Shown piece after piece: positions 31,892-32,000 of a stretch of DNA of 32,000 nucleotides. Origin of the DNA: Paramicrosporidium saccamoebae KSL3 (taxonomy: Eukaryota; Fungi; Cryptomycota); assembly GCA_002794465.1 (NCBI GenBank), contig MTSL01000159.1:97790-129789 (forward strand). The letters run 5' to 3'. The position numbers were made by a program, and so were the translations under genes. How positions within the stretch are numbered: the stretch's first letter is position 1; the number at the start of each line of letters is the position of its first letter. The notes beneath the pieces were generated by a model. The model was not told where the DNA came from. It did not search any database and saw only the letters and a list, made by a program, of their open reading frames with translations.

Positions 31892-32000
31892 TGCTCAACA
31901 ATACGAGAAAATACGGAATTTATAATGTCATCAAAGTTTTTGTGTTTGTTATGGGAGAGAGATGGGGGGGGGGGCGAATGTTTATAAGGCGGATGTTTTA

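Overview
Extremely gene-dense eukaryotic DNA that looks like an early-diverging fungus or a Rozellomycota/pre-microsporidian. That placement is inferred from the gene set (complex I PSST, mitochondrial MSH1, CRIB-bearing WASP), from 17 inferred micro-introns of 28-41 nt, and from tiny intergenic spacers. I assembled about 21 protein-coding genes by hand: two CorA Mg2+ channels, WASP, CWC15, three tandem Sdt1/Phm8-like HAD nucleotidases, TAF7, BRR2, NDUFS7, a PMC1-type Ca-ATPase, MND1, a BTP histone-fold protein, a TMX-like thioredoxin, MSH1, CAF1, a small Tim, Rab5, eIF2B-beta, an Ulp2-like protease, a stand-alone MutL/MLH3 C-terminal domain and a WIPI/Atg18-family protein. The most striking observations are: (1) a tandem array of normally cytosolic HAD pyrimidine-nucleotidase-like enzymes that all carry apparent signal peptides, one of them catalytically degenerate; (2) a 140-aa gene encoding only the MLH3-like endonuclease domain, with no room for an ATPase domain; (3) micro-introns that all read GTA...TAG; (4) strand-polarised G/T-rich minisatellites behind stop codons that flip polarity between convergent genes; (5) divergent start codons only 15 and 29 bp apart. 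I saw no rRNA, tRNA, CRISPR array or mobile element. All exon structures are manual inferences without transcript data.
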